From: Amphiscolops sp. MND2022
Lineage: Eukaryota
Reading direction: 5' to 3'
Assembly: GCA_964187785.1 (NCBI GenBank)
Contig: OZ076409.1
Location: 8,186,001-8,250,000, forward strand
Length of the DNA: 64,000 nt
This document shows positions 36,896 through 48,081 of this stretch, piece by piece (position 1 is the stretch's first letter; the number at the start of each line of letters is the position of its first letter). The notes below the pieces were generated by a model. It made no database searches, was not told the origin of the DNA, and worked only from the letters and a program-made list of their open reading frames with translations. Made by a program: the position numbers and the translations under genes.

Positions 36896-37754
36896 TTTGA
36901 TTAGCAAAAGATCATTTAGCGAGATAGATTTTCAAGAGTTTTACAAAGCAACTGATTTATGAAATCGCAAAGACCATATGGTGAATCTTCTTTTCAGTTT
37001 CTTCTGATTTTGACAAAACCCCGCTAAAATTCAGGTGTCATGGTTGCGTGGGCTTTGCAAAACCTTATATGGGACGGAGATGGCGGGTTCCCATATAATT
37101 GAGGGGTTAGGTTTTGATATCTTCCATAAATGTAAATAAACAAAATGATCATGGGTTCCTCTGCCTTATCTTTCATCGGCATCCCCCTTTTGATGTTTCT
37201 AGTTTCGTTTCAGTTACATTTAAATTTGATGTAAACAATTATCATCACCTAAGAATTCACCGGGATGGGTGAACTAATTGTCAAATATAATCTTATCTAA
37301 AAGCATCAATGAAATTCATATCAGGATAAAAAAACATATTACATGGACATCTAAATGTTTTATCAAGTCTGAAATCACATAAGTACACCACTGTGTATCA
37401 ATTGTCCCGCATTTGAAAATGCGCAAACTCCTGAAAGGTAGACCCAAGATGATTAGGTAGATTGTCAAGAGTCTGTTCATTTGTGCTAGCTCAGTGTATA
37501 TTACGTCTGTATGTATTACTTCTTTTGATGTCATGTTTTCTCCTTTCTTCAAAATAGGTAAAGTTGTCTATTCGTCAATGCCAGAATCCGCATATTGCCG
37601 CGTGTTCACCATCTCTCAATGTAATCATCGACGTATGTTTGTTTGTTTTAAGTCAATACTACTCATTCAATACCAATGATTACGTAACACACAATTTCTT
37701 CTCGCTTTCAATCTGTATGTTAGCACGTGCTCTTTTACTCTTAATTCCACACAG

Positions 37755-38150
37755 CGCCGCATAAACTGCACTCGTCTTTCCTCATGTTGGCGCATGTTTG
37801 TGAGTCACAATTACGTATGCCGCCGCATATTACTCACTTGTAGATCTGCATATTTACTCATACTTCCAGTTGCAAATCCGCATACTGCTGTGTATTGTCA
37901 ATCTGTAAACGCGCATAATCACTCATAATTACAATCGTGGATCCGCATGCTGTCGTATAATGTTCATCTGTAAATCCGCATAGTCACGCATAGTCACAAT
38001 TGTGAATCCGCGTGATGCTGCATATTGTTCATCTGTAAATCCGCATAATCACGTATGATTATTATAGTAGATCCGTATGTTGCTGCATGTTGAATACCAG
38101 TATTTCGCAGGTTACCGCATATACTAGTACAGTAATTCCGTAGGCTGTCG
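37755..38150 (+). repeat. CGYAT-N5-CGYAT array in the spacer between the divergent accessory genes
   Basis: TCCGCAT recurs every 32-33 bp (for example CCGCATAGTCACGCAT, CCGCATAATCACGTAT). Confidence 0.85.
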
Positions 38151-38513
38151 CCTATTTGATTGCTTTCACGCTATTGCATTGTATCGCACTGTCAATTACG
38201 TAATCAGACACTCTGGCAGAAGTGACTGACACATTAATTGGCCAATCAGAATAGAGTATACCATATACTTTGGTACTAAAGTTGTGCTCATTTGCTCTTT
38301 GCCTTTTGTTCTGTTAAGCCACGCCTTTCAACTTTGTTATATTGAAGATTTGCATTACATTATATATTCTTTACATTATTGTCCTTCAGTCAGTTTTACA
38401 GTCTACAGTATTCGTTCGTTCCTTCCTTTCCTAGGATTTCTTCCAGTCAGGTTCCCTTTTATTTATCTCCCCTTCACTCAACCGAGTTAACTGGTTTAGC
38501 ATTCAGTTCATCA

Positions 38514-41500
38514 ATGGAGAACAGCAGGAGTAGGAAAGTTGAACGTGAGGACGTCTCAAGGATGCGGACCAGGTCTTGGGGGTACAAATCCCCGACAACT
38601 TCTTCACCCCGTAAGTTCGAATTTTCGTTTATTAGTTTCGGTTAAGGATTTTTGTGAGTAAATAGCTGGCCAGGCTAAAAACTCGAGATTTGAAGATCAA
38701 TGCATGCTTTTGATCATAATTTGGGTTTTGAAAGTTTCCACACTTCCGGTTTCACTTTCATTCGACTTCCGCTTCTATGCATTTTGTTCAACGGTTGAAT
38801 GCGGATTTGTCAAACTGTTTAGTCACATTCGATTTATTACTTTATTGTTGAATAAAGCTCATGTTTTAGTCGAACTTGGGGCTACAAACAAGTCACCTGC
38901 CCGGTCGCCTACAAAAATTTATACTCCTTTGCGAGTCGTCTCACCTAGTCATTCTGAACCCTCAGTTTACAGTATTCCTGCACCAACTGATCTCTCACTC
39001 AATCAAGCGAGGGAAAGTATAGAACAGCTCTTCAATGAATCGGGTGATCTAACGATTGACACCACTGCTGATGAAGAAATGGAGTCTCATGCCTCACTTC
39101 TTAATCTCATGCAACTGGTTGAACAAGATCAGCCAACAGAGACGCCCTTAATTGCCAACGACGACTCCCCTATTGATGTTGCTGAACAAGAAGCTAACGA
39201 AAACGACGCCCCCTAATTGCCAGCACTTTCTCTCCTCGCTATAGTCAATTTTTGACTCCTGAGTTACCAGCTGCTGCTTCCCAGCCAGAAACATCTCCTG
39301 AGGCACAAGCTCAGACACTAGGAGGCGACCCTAAGCCAACACCACCGCGTCAAATTTTGAATGAGGAATTCGAGGAAATGCCAAGCAGTTCTGGACTTAA
39401 CATCAATTTGACACAAAATGAAGTGGCTATGCTGAGGAACGTTTTGGATCGAATACCTCAGTCCCTTTTGGCTAGGGAGAGGAATGAGCCCAATCCTGAG
39501 TTCTCGGTTTCTGTGGTCGCTAATCCCCCTGTTCCCGTTTTCGGTCCTCCACTAATTCCTGGACCAGGAGACACATCGGGCGAGAATCCACGCAGGGATA
39601 CTACCGAATATGAGGAGGAAAACGCCTCTAACCGGCCCTCCAAGCGTCCTAGACCTCGATACTATCTTACTGAGGCTATGTTCCGAAAACACCCTGTTCT
39701 GAAGTTTTTTTGCGACAGGGCCGATAGACAGAGAGAAAACGCCTTACAAGTGGTGGTGCAGGGTTTGTCGAGTTGAATTGTCCCTCATGAGTCGCGGCCC
39801 ACTTGAATTATTGTCTCATTACAAGACCGAAACCCACCTCTTGAAGGAGCACAGGATTAGAATGGAGACACCTGGTCTACCATTGTACGACAAAGAAGAG
39901 GTAGAATTACAAGGAATTGCTCTGCAGGAGGCGAAGCGGATAGTCAAAGATATGCATCCTATTTCTCCACAACATGACCCCTGTCGATTACTTGTTGGAC
40001 AGGACAAACTTCCTGAGATTAGGAGCGACTCTGCGCCAGTTGACCTTGTGTTATCTCAGATCAGAGTTCTTGAGCTTGGACTAAAACACGGAGCCATGTT
40101 GCAAGCTTAATAGCGATCCATGACGAAATATTACAACACTCAGCTGGAGGAAGTTCAATGCAAACTCTCAACTGGAGCGATTCACGAATCTTTGTTAGTA
40201 TACATTACTTTTATCATAAAATAACACCACTGACTCCATAAGATAAACCAATGATGCAAAAACTTCTGGATTCCGATCCGTACCGAATGGCACTCATTCG
40301 TTAGTTTCTGTTTCAGGGGATGTTGGTGTATATGTTTCGTGAGCTCGTCAATTATTGCGTTACTCACATTGGCTCATCTCAGGGTTACTCCCTTTCTCTA
40401 CACCGAACCCCAACAAGGACTCTGCTTTTTATTAGTTTCTGGTCTGGTAACGTTTACCAACGGGTTTGCATTGGAGCTGGGCCAAGAGGAGTGCTAATCC
40501 CAAGGAGACTCCTCGATTTATTGTGCTCCTTCATCACTCATTTCGAGACACCTCCAACTTGTGTGGCTCTTATCAACATGTGTGAGAGACTCAATGTGTG
40601 TCTAACTGCGACATTACCAGGCAATCTACGGCCTAATGCAGTCAACAGCTTTGGTCCAACTGAATTTGAGAGGTGTTTGTCACTTCCGACTGCCAAGATT
40701 ATAGAGAGGCACGACTTTCGGACCATCATTGATTTTTTACTGACAAAATTACGAACTGCACTTGATCGCGACTGGTTGCGGTCCTTGCCGTTACTTCATA
40801 AGGTAAAGTCTTTCTTGTCTCTTTTGTCGATTGGCCGGTATTTTGTTATTTTCACAACATAATAAAACCTTTTCACAGGCAGTACTCAACCTTGAGTATA
40901 CCCTAGTCGAAGCGTCTTCCCTGATCGAGTGTTTCTCCTCCAACTGGGACAGAATCAGAGATCATCTAACCCAAGTGTCCCGATTGCCAGCATATCGATT
41001 CCATATAAAAGAAGTTTGTATTCATCGTCATTAGATATTCTATTTGTTAGACTTTTGTTTCCAATTTCCATTTCTGTTCTAGCCCAGTGCACTCGATGAA
41101 TGTTTTCGCCTGGATACCGCGTATCTCGCTCGATTGTTTATCATCCGTTGCATCATCGACAATTATTAGTAATGTCCCATTATTTCACTTCTTTAGTGTC
41201 GTTTCAGTATTTCGTCCATTCTCCTTTTATATCCAGTTTCGAAAGGGATATTGTCTAAAAAGTTTGCTGGAAAGCTCTGGTTCCTGCTTATAACACCGAA
41301 TTTCCCTGTATTTCTTCCTTTTATAGGTCGTAAGAGATATTTCCACGTGTTTTTGATTATTTCCGCATAATCATGCATATACGGTTCATCACATTCCGCC
41401 TGTTGACGTATATATGTGGTATTACTGCACGTGCATTAACACGCAGTTTGGATTTGTAATCTGCGTAACAACGTATTTACGCCATTAGGAAATCCGCATA

Positions 41501-42981
41501 ACAACGTATTAATGCCATTAGGAAATCCGCATAACAACGTATTAACGTCATTAGGAAATCCGCATAGTACCGCATTGTCCATATCCAACTTCCGCATGTT
41601 GACGTAGTGCTTCATTCTTGATTCTGCATGATGACGTATTATTGAGAATCATTTTCTGCATAATAACGCATTACGTCCTGCTGAATTCCGCATGTTAGCG
41701 TATATCATTGATTCGATTTCTGTGTAACGACGTATATCCGTCACTTGGAGTTCTGCATTATTGCGTGTCTTTTGGTTTTAACTTCTGCATAATGACTTGT
41801 ACTCTCTATCACCAGCTCCGTATAGGAGTGTATTTTTCATTCAAAAGATGATTCATGCTTATGTGGTATGTTTTGTTTCAGACAATTCCGCGTTTTCCGA
41901 TTTGCAAGGTCATCTTGATCAAGGATTCAGGATCTTTAATCAATTTTCTGTATTCATATACAGCCAGTTACAGCTGATATTGCCTGATAGCTTCCTCGGG
42001 GATATTTCCGAATGGGATACCTACTTGAAAATTGACTTGGCGCAAGCAGATCTTCCCTTCAAAGCCCCTGCAGATTTCGTCCTGAACCCAGATTATCATC
42101 ATTTGGTTACATCCAGCCGTTTACCGCGTCCTAGCAAATTCGTGGAGCAGTCAATGGCTTTCTGCAAATCTTTTTGTGGTGTGTTATTGTCCCACAGTAT
42201 TCTGAAATCTGCTCTAATTCGTGGTTTATCCTGTTTCGACAGCGCCGTCATGTTAGACGGGCCTGAACGACATTACGTTGCTGCCATAGAGGATCTTACA
42301 AGTTACTTTGTGTCTTCCAGTTTGATTACGCCTGGAGACAAGACCAAGTGTGTGAGTCAGTATCGGTCGTTGGTGGCCAAGCTTCGTACTGTCAACGACA
42401 TCCCAAGAAGTAATTGGGTGCTGTTACTTGGGGCTCACTACGAATTGCAGAGTCGTCCCGAACTTTCCAAAGTGTTTCGATATGCTAGTTTGTGTTTGCC
42501 ACCAACCGTTACAATTCCTACCTCTTTCAAGATTTCGGTCCCGGATCTTGCATCTGACCATGAGACTTTCCAGTCTATTGTCAACAGTTTACAGCTCTCG
42601 TATGTCACCGTACCCAACGTTTCCAGTCTTTATCAGGATCCTCCATCTGTATGTCGTATCTTTCGTTTGTTGGGCCGGGGGCGAGAGTTGCTCAGTGACA
42701 AAAAGTTCTCTGTTTGGACCTTTTCACGTGGGAATGTGTCTAAACGGCTTGCCTTACGTGAAAAGATGGAGGCTGCGTACAAGAAGACAGTTTTGGATGG
42801 TGAAGGGTTGCCCATCTTTCTAGATGTATCTTCGCCAAGTGGTAGTGCTCCTTCTAGTAGCAACAGTTCTCCGCTTCCTGGGCCGTCTCTGGGACTCGTT
42901 TCTGTAAGTGTCTCTCGTTGTGTTGAGGCAGGGGTTAACAACGACAAGACCAAGAAGAAAACGAAGGCTAAGAAGTCTTGA
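38514..42981 (+). CDS. Antisense spliced gene inside the Gypsy element: zinc-finger, hAT-transposase-derived protein (~1050-1100 aa). Exons 38514-38610, 38870-40193, 40317-40802, 40879-41013, 41083-~41165, 41882-42981
   Basis: Four phase-compatible GT-AG introns; the fifth donor is unresolved. Zinc finger C-x2-C-x16-H-x5-H at 39757-39837. hAT-like segments NWDRIRDHL, LKSALIRGLSCFD and PELSKVFRYASL. Three 1-nt frameshifts (~39210, ~39708, ~40093). Confidence 0.72.
41360..41795 (+). repeat. CGYAT-N5-CGYAT array in the last intron of the antisense gene
   Basis: Includes three near-perfect 33-bp units TCCGCATAACAACGTATTAAYGYCATTAGGAAA (~41460-41565). Confidence 0.88.
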
Positions 42982-43179
42982 TCAAATGTGTTTGCTCCGC
43001 AACTTTTAGTATTATTTGAATTTCTCTTTGATGATTTGAAACTGTATCATCTCATGTTTTGTTTGTATTTATCTTTGTAGTTATGTTATTCGCTACCGCA
43101 GAGGTACTGTTTGGGAAAAGTTCTATAATACTCAATTCCCAGGAAGGAAGTTAGAAACAAAACTTGTAAAGGTTTGTCT

Positions 43180-46100
43180 TTAGTATCTGTAGGTGTCAGA
43201 GTAGTTTGGGTTAGGGTTGGGACGTAGGTTATATTTTTCACCACGAGTATTTATGGGTTCTTCTTGCAATGGAGTATTTTGTGAATTTTCTGGGGTTTTT
43301 TGGGAGTTTTCTGGGGTAATTTGAATGTCGTTCTCTGATGAATTTCCTATATCTTTTTGGGTTTTTGGGGTGTTTCTATCATCTTGACCATTTTGTTGTG
43401 ACTTTTCATTTTCGTGATTTTCATTCGGTTCAGTGGTCTGTTCCACTGGGCTCCCCCCACTATTTTTTGAAGTTCCAGGGGAGGGAGGGTGGTAATCATC
43501 AGGTATTTGGATCGGGGTGTATTCCGTGTCCTCAGTGTTTTGGGAACACTCGGAAATACCTTCATCAAAAGGGTTTGATCCAAAATTCGTGTTCCATGAT
43601 TGGGCATATAGGTCGTCATTTGCTATAGGCATCTGATCATCTTTTTGCCAGTCGGTTTCACGGACAAAAATGTCTGCTAATGGGGCCTGCGGGGTAAACT
43701 TTCGCAGACGAATCCTGTGTAATAATTGTGTTTTGTTTGTCCCAAGTCTCCTGACAATATAATTATTGTTAGGGAGTACCTTTTCGACTTTATAGGGACC
43801 ACACCATCTGAATTCTCTGAAGGGTATTTTCGTTGCTTGAGTTTCAGCCTTTGGGTTAAGAATATAGCAGTAGTCCGTCGTTTCGAGTGGAGCTGCTTTT
43901 GCTTTCCTATCGTAGTACGCCTTATACTTGAGATAAGATTGCATGATATTCTTCTTTGTCTGGTCTAGCAGAATTTTCATCCTTTTATGGATTTCTTCAG
44001 CTATGTCGGTTTGAGGTTGATATCTCGGATTAGGGTTGTATCCAAGTTTATAGTCTAAAATATTGTGTGGTATCCTGCCATGGAAAACTCGTGAAGGTTC
44101 ACAACCGAGTGATGCATGGTATGTGGTGTTGTGATTGAGGATTGCCAAAGGGAGATATTTATGCCAGTTGTTCCTGAATTCGCCTGTTGCGGCTTTCAGG
44201 TGTGTTTTTACTGATGCATGTGTCCTCTCGAGGAGTCCTATTGTTTGTGCATGCTTCATTGTTGCATGTTTTAGTTCGATTCCTAGCACTGCGGCGATCT
44301 CATGCGTTACTTGTGCATTGAATTGGGTTCCTAAGTCCGTTATTATTGTTGTTGGTAGGTATGTGTGTTTGCATAGTATATCCATTATGACTCTTGCTAC
44401 TGCTGTTGCGTTGATGCGAGTTACAGGATAAGCAAACAAGTATCTCGAGAAGACATCTATTGCAGTGATAATATGGTCATAGCCTCCGCTTGGGGGGAGG
44501 TTTGGCAAAATGTCCATTTGTAGTATGTCTTCTGGACCTAGATCCCATTCTGGACAATTAAGGAGTTCTGTCCTCAGGAGATCGTTATTGATGCGTTTGG
44601 TTTGGATGCAAATTTGACAATTACTGACCCATTTCTTGATGTATTTTGCCATACAAGGGTAGTAATATTTTTGTCTTGCTTCTTGTATCATTTTTGTGAT
44701 ACCTGGGTGGTTTGAATTATGTCCATGAAGGGCTTGAATGAACTCGTCTAGAAGTTGAATCGGAAGAAGGATTTGGTAATGAGATATTGTTCCAGTATCC
44801 GTATAATATTTCCTGGTGAGTACTTCTTGTTTGATTTCTATTCTTGTGATATTTTGTAGGTAATGGTGGTATCTGTAGTCTGATGCCAATTCATTTTCAT
44901 CGAAGGAATCGCCTTCGATTTTGGCTCGTAAGTTTCTGAGAACTATATCGTTATTTTGTTCCAGGCGTATCTTTGCATTGTCTCTGAAGTATCCTGATGA
45001 TATTGAAATTAATCCTGATGTAGGTTTGTGGAATTGTTGTAGTTCAGAGACAGCATTTTCTGGTTCATTGTGGGATTCGGTTTGAGCCTGTTTCCGTACA
45101 TTTTGCTTTTCTTCCCAGAGTTGATTTTCATCAATGTCATCGTCTGGGAGGATGTAAATTTGCTCTTCTTCGACTATGCCTGAGGATTGGATATTCACTT
45201 CAATTGCTTTTGTGTGGATATCGTTGCGGATAGTCATTTCGAGCTTTTCTGTTGGGTTTACCTCCGTTCTTGATAGAAAGTCTGCTGCTGTGTTCATTGA
45301 ACCAGCAACATGGGCGATTACAAAATTGTACTGCAATACATAATCGCAAGCGTTCCAGAGTGCTGGAGGGATCATTTTTGTTTGAAAAAATCTTGTTACC
45401 GAGCGATTGTCTGTGAACACGATTACTGGGAAGGTAGTACCCCACATAAGGTGTCCAAATTCGACAAACGCGAAATATATGGAAAGAAATTCTTTCGCAT
45501 ATATTGACATTTTGGTTTGGGTTGGATTAAACGTTTTGGATCCAAACGCTATGGGTGCATATGTTTTACGTTTGGATTGTAGTTTTTGGTTCGGGTCGTC
45601 TTCTATCATGATTGCATATCCAGCAGCTGTGAAGCTCGCGTCGGACATGACTATGAGTTGTTTATGCTTCAGCGGTTGTTTCAGGGCCAGTTGGCAGGAA
45701 TTTTCGAGTAGTTTGTTAAAGTTTGTGAATTCTTCGACCAAATTTGTTGGTACATAAAACTTGGATGTTTCCTTGAGGAGTTTGAAAAACGGGGTCAACC
45801 GTTCTGAAAGGCGTGGAATGTAGTTTCGGTAATAGTTCAAAAACCCGATATACCTTTGCAACGCCTTTTTCGATTTAGGGAAACGGAGCTTGGCGAGAAA
45901 ATCTTTCACTTTGTCGGCTTGTGGGGCGACTCCATCAGGTGTGATTGTGCGGCCCAGGAAGTCGACTTGTTTAACTCCGAAATGGCATTTCGACACGGAG
46001 AGTTTCAATCCTGCATTGCGTATGCATTGGAAGACTGTTCGTATGTTGGTACATAATTGTTTTGTATCGTTTGCTGCTATGCCGATGTCATCGACATTTT

Positions 46101-48081
46101 GAGCGCATTGATCTGCTTTAATTGCCTTGTCCAGGTAGTCTCTCATGAAGCTTGAGAATGCAGAAAGTGATCTGCTGAGACCCTGGGCTAGTCGTCTATA
46201 GGCGAATGTTCGGCTTGCAAAGTTAAATGCAAGCATCTGGATGGATTGGTAGTCTGCCATCTGTAGGCAGTGGTAAGCCTGGGAGCAATCCAATTTGCAG
46301 AAGAGTTTTTTCCCTGCCATGTGTTGGGCTGCATCCGATAAGGTGCTTACCGGGTGGTTGTTATTGACATAATCTTCAGTAATCAAGTTGTTAATTTTTC
46401 GTAGATCAACAAGAAGTCTGAGGCGCCCGTTGGGTTTGCGCTGTGCAAAGATTGGGCTTGCATATTTAGAGAAGGGTAAGGTTGTAATGATACCATATTT
46501 GTGTAGTAGTGCGAGTTCTACAGTGATATCATCTTTGAGGTTTATTGGGGTCGGCAGACTTTGGCTGTAAGCAGGTCTGTCGTCATTGGGTGTGAGTTTA
46601 ACTTTGAATTCCCGATTTATCCCAATGTCAAAACGATGTCTTGCAAAAATATCGTGGAACTCAATGAGAATTTCCTCAATTTCCTTTCGTTCATCTGGGG
46701 TGAGTGTTGTATCAGACCAATCAAAGTGTGAGAGAAATTCTGTTCTGGAAGTTTCACTATCGTGTGGGTTTAGTTTCTCAAGTTCTTTAAGTTCAAGGAG
46801 TTCGTTATATATACGTTGCTGGATTGGGGTATATGTTGTTGGATCTCCTGGTTCTTCTGGGGTTGGGAACCAGTATGTTTCCTGTTCTGGATTTGTTTGT
46901 GGAACTTTTAGGAGTTCATTTATGTAGACTTCCGTTGTCTCTTCATGTTGTATCATGAAGGATAGTAACGTTGGGTCCACTGGCTGAATATGTTTAATTT
47001 GTTCTGGGGTAAGTATCTTGAAGTCCGCTAGATGGGTGTCAAGAGTAATGGTGTAAGGTAGTTCCGAGAAGTTGATGATTTGGTATCCTATGGCGTTGTT
47101 GTTAACTGTACTTAACGATGCCGTTATAAAGATACTGTCGTGATTTTCAAATTGTTGCGATGGGGTGACTATTCCAGTAGCATTATGGTCCATCAAATGT
47201 GGCATTTTGCTTGCAATGGCGAGTGTTTCGCCCGGTCGTAAAGTGTATGTATTCTCTGCAAATAGTGGTGTTGTTGGTCGAATTGATGTTTGGGTGTCTG
47301 GTTTAAGCTGCATTGAAAGATATGGAAAAGTTAAGATGCCTTGCGTGACATCGAAAATTGCATTATTTCGTCGTAGGAAGCATAACCCTATTAGTGGGTT
47401 TGGTAGGTTTTTCATTATAATGAAATTTTCTTTTAACATGAAGTCAGCCACCTCGAATTCGAGGAGTACAGTGCCGATTGGGACTTCTAATTGTCCATTC
47501 GCCACCATGATTTGGAAGTTTGGTGGGGGACCGGTTTCTTTGATTGCTTCATTTGCAAGCAACTTAATTTTGTTGAGGTCTTGTTCGGAGATTGCACTCG
47601 TGAGGGCACCAGTGTCGATAAGACCGTCGAGTGTTAGCTTTTCGAAGTCCATCGGTATGTAATACATGTGGCGTTTTCGCTTCAGTGTTAATGATGTTGA
47701 GATTGGAAGGTATGATACATTTCTTTCGTGGTCGAATTGTATATGTTCAGAGAGGTCCTCGTTCAGAAGAGGTGGTTTTTGGTCATTGCAAGAAGTTTTA
47801 ATTGAAACATAATTTTTTGGTGAGTGTGGGGGTTCTGGGGTTAAGTCGGTTTTATGGCTAGTTGGCTGTTTTGTAAAGTAGTTGTCTGGTGCATCAGACA
47901 GAAGGTCATATATGTCTTCAGAGAGAGTTTCTTGTGTTGAATGTTGAAGATTTTGTGCTGGTAAGCCAGTTGTGGGTGTTATGGTTTTTGTTGGTTTTGG
48001 GCTCGGCGTATGCTGCCAGTCATCTGCAGAGTTTATTTTTTGTGGTGATTTTATGTAAAGGCGTGGCGATTCTAGTTTAAA
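43180..48081 (-). CDS. pol: Gypsy Pol (PR-RT-RNase H-IN)
   Basis: LIDTGA protease, RT with NVDD, RNase H (DAS...E...TDN...AADFLSR), integrase HHCC and D-D-E, GPY module. Lies in the -1 frame relative to gag. Confidence 0.97.
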   Translation of the reverse strand, partial: FKLESPRLYIKSPQKINSADDWQHTPSPKPTKTITPTTGLPAQNLQHSTQETLSEDIYDLLSDAPDNYFTKQPTSHKTDLTPEPPHSPKNYVSIKTSCNDQKPPLLNEDLSEHIQFDHERNVSYLPISTSLTLKRKRHMYYIPMDFEKLTLDGLIDTGALTSAISEQDLNKIKLLANEAIKETGPPPNFQIMVANGQLEVPIGTVLLEFEVADFMLKENFIIMKNLPNPLIGLCFLRRNNAIFDVTQGILTFPYLSMQLKPDTQTSIRPTTPLFAENTYTLRPGETLAIASKMPHLMDHNATGIVTPSQQFENHDSIFITASLSTVNNNAIGYQIINFSELPYTITLDTHLADFKILTPEQIKHIQPVDPTLLSFMIQHEETTEVYINELLKVPQTNPEQETYWFPTPEEPGDPTTYTPIQQRIYNELLELKELEKLNPHDSETSRTEFLSHFDWSDTTLTPDERKEIEEILIEFHDIFARHRFDIGINREFKVKLTPNDDRPAYSQSLPTPINLKDDITVELALLHKYGIITTLPFSKYASPIFAQRKPNGRLRLLVDLRKINNLITEDYVNNNHPVSTLSDAAQHMAGKKLFCKLDCSQAYHCLQMADYQSIQMLAFNFASRTFAYRRLAQGLSRSLSAFSSFMRDYLDKAIKADQCAQNVDDIGIAANDTKQLCTNIRTVFQCIRNAGLKLSVSKCHFGVKQVDFLGRTITPDGVAPQADKVKDFLAKLRFPKSKKALQRYIGFLNYYRNYIPRLSERLTPFFKLLKETSKFYVPTNLVEEFTNFNKLLENSCQLALKQPLKHKQLIVMSDASFTAAGYAIMIEDDPNQKLQSKRKTYAPIAFGSKTFNPTQTKMSIYAKEFLSIYFAFVEFGHLMWGTTFPVIVFTDNRSVTRFFQTKMIPPALWNACDYVLQYNFVIAHVAGSMNTAADFLSRTEVNPTEKLEMTIRNDIHTKAIEVNIQSSGIVEEEQIYILPDDDIDENQLWEEKQNVRKQAQTESHNEPENAVSELQQFHKPTSGLISISSGYFRDNAKIRLEQNNDIVLRNLRAKIEGDSFDENELASDYRYHHYLQNITRIEIKQEVLTRKYYTDTGTISHYQILLPIQLLDEFIQALHGHNSNHPGITKMIQEARQKYYYPCMAKYIKKWVSNCQICIQTKRINNDLLRTELLNCPEWDLGPEDILQMDILPNLPPSGGYDHIITAIDVFSRYLFAYPVTRINATAVARVIMDILCKHTYLPTTIITDLGTQFNAQVTHEIAAVLGIELKHATMKHAQTIGLLERTHASVKTHLKAATGEFRNNWHKYLPLAILNHNTTYHASLGCEPSRVFHGRIPHNILDYKLGYNPNPRYQPQTDIAEEIHKRMKILLDQTKKNIMQSYLKYKAYYDRKAKAAPLETTDYCYILNPKAETQATKIPFREFRWCGPYKVEKVLPNNNYIVRRLGTNKTQLLHRIRLRKFTPQAPLADIFVRETDWQKDDQMPIANDDLYAQSWNTNFGSNPFDEGISECSQNTEDTEYTPIQIPDDYHPPSPGTSKNSGGSPVEQTTEPNENHENEKSQQNGQDDRNTPKTQKDIGNSSENDIQITPENSQKTPENSQNTPLQEEPINTRGEKYNLRPNPNPNYSDTYRY

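Noticed and set aside
35867..36907. ORF3 as an envelope gene
   Set aside because: No signal peptide, furin site with fusion peptide, or TM anchor.
37755..41795. 32-33-bp periodic arrays as CRISPR arrays
   Set aside because: Degenerate short motifs, no constant repeat with unique spacers, no cas genes, eukaryotic context.
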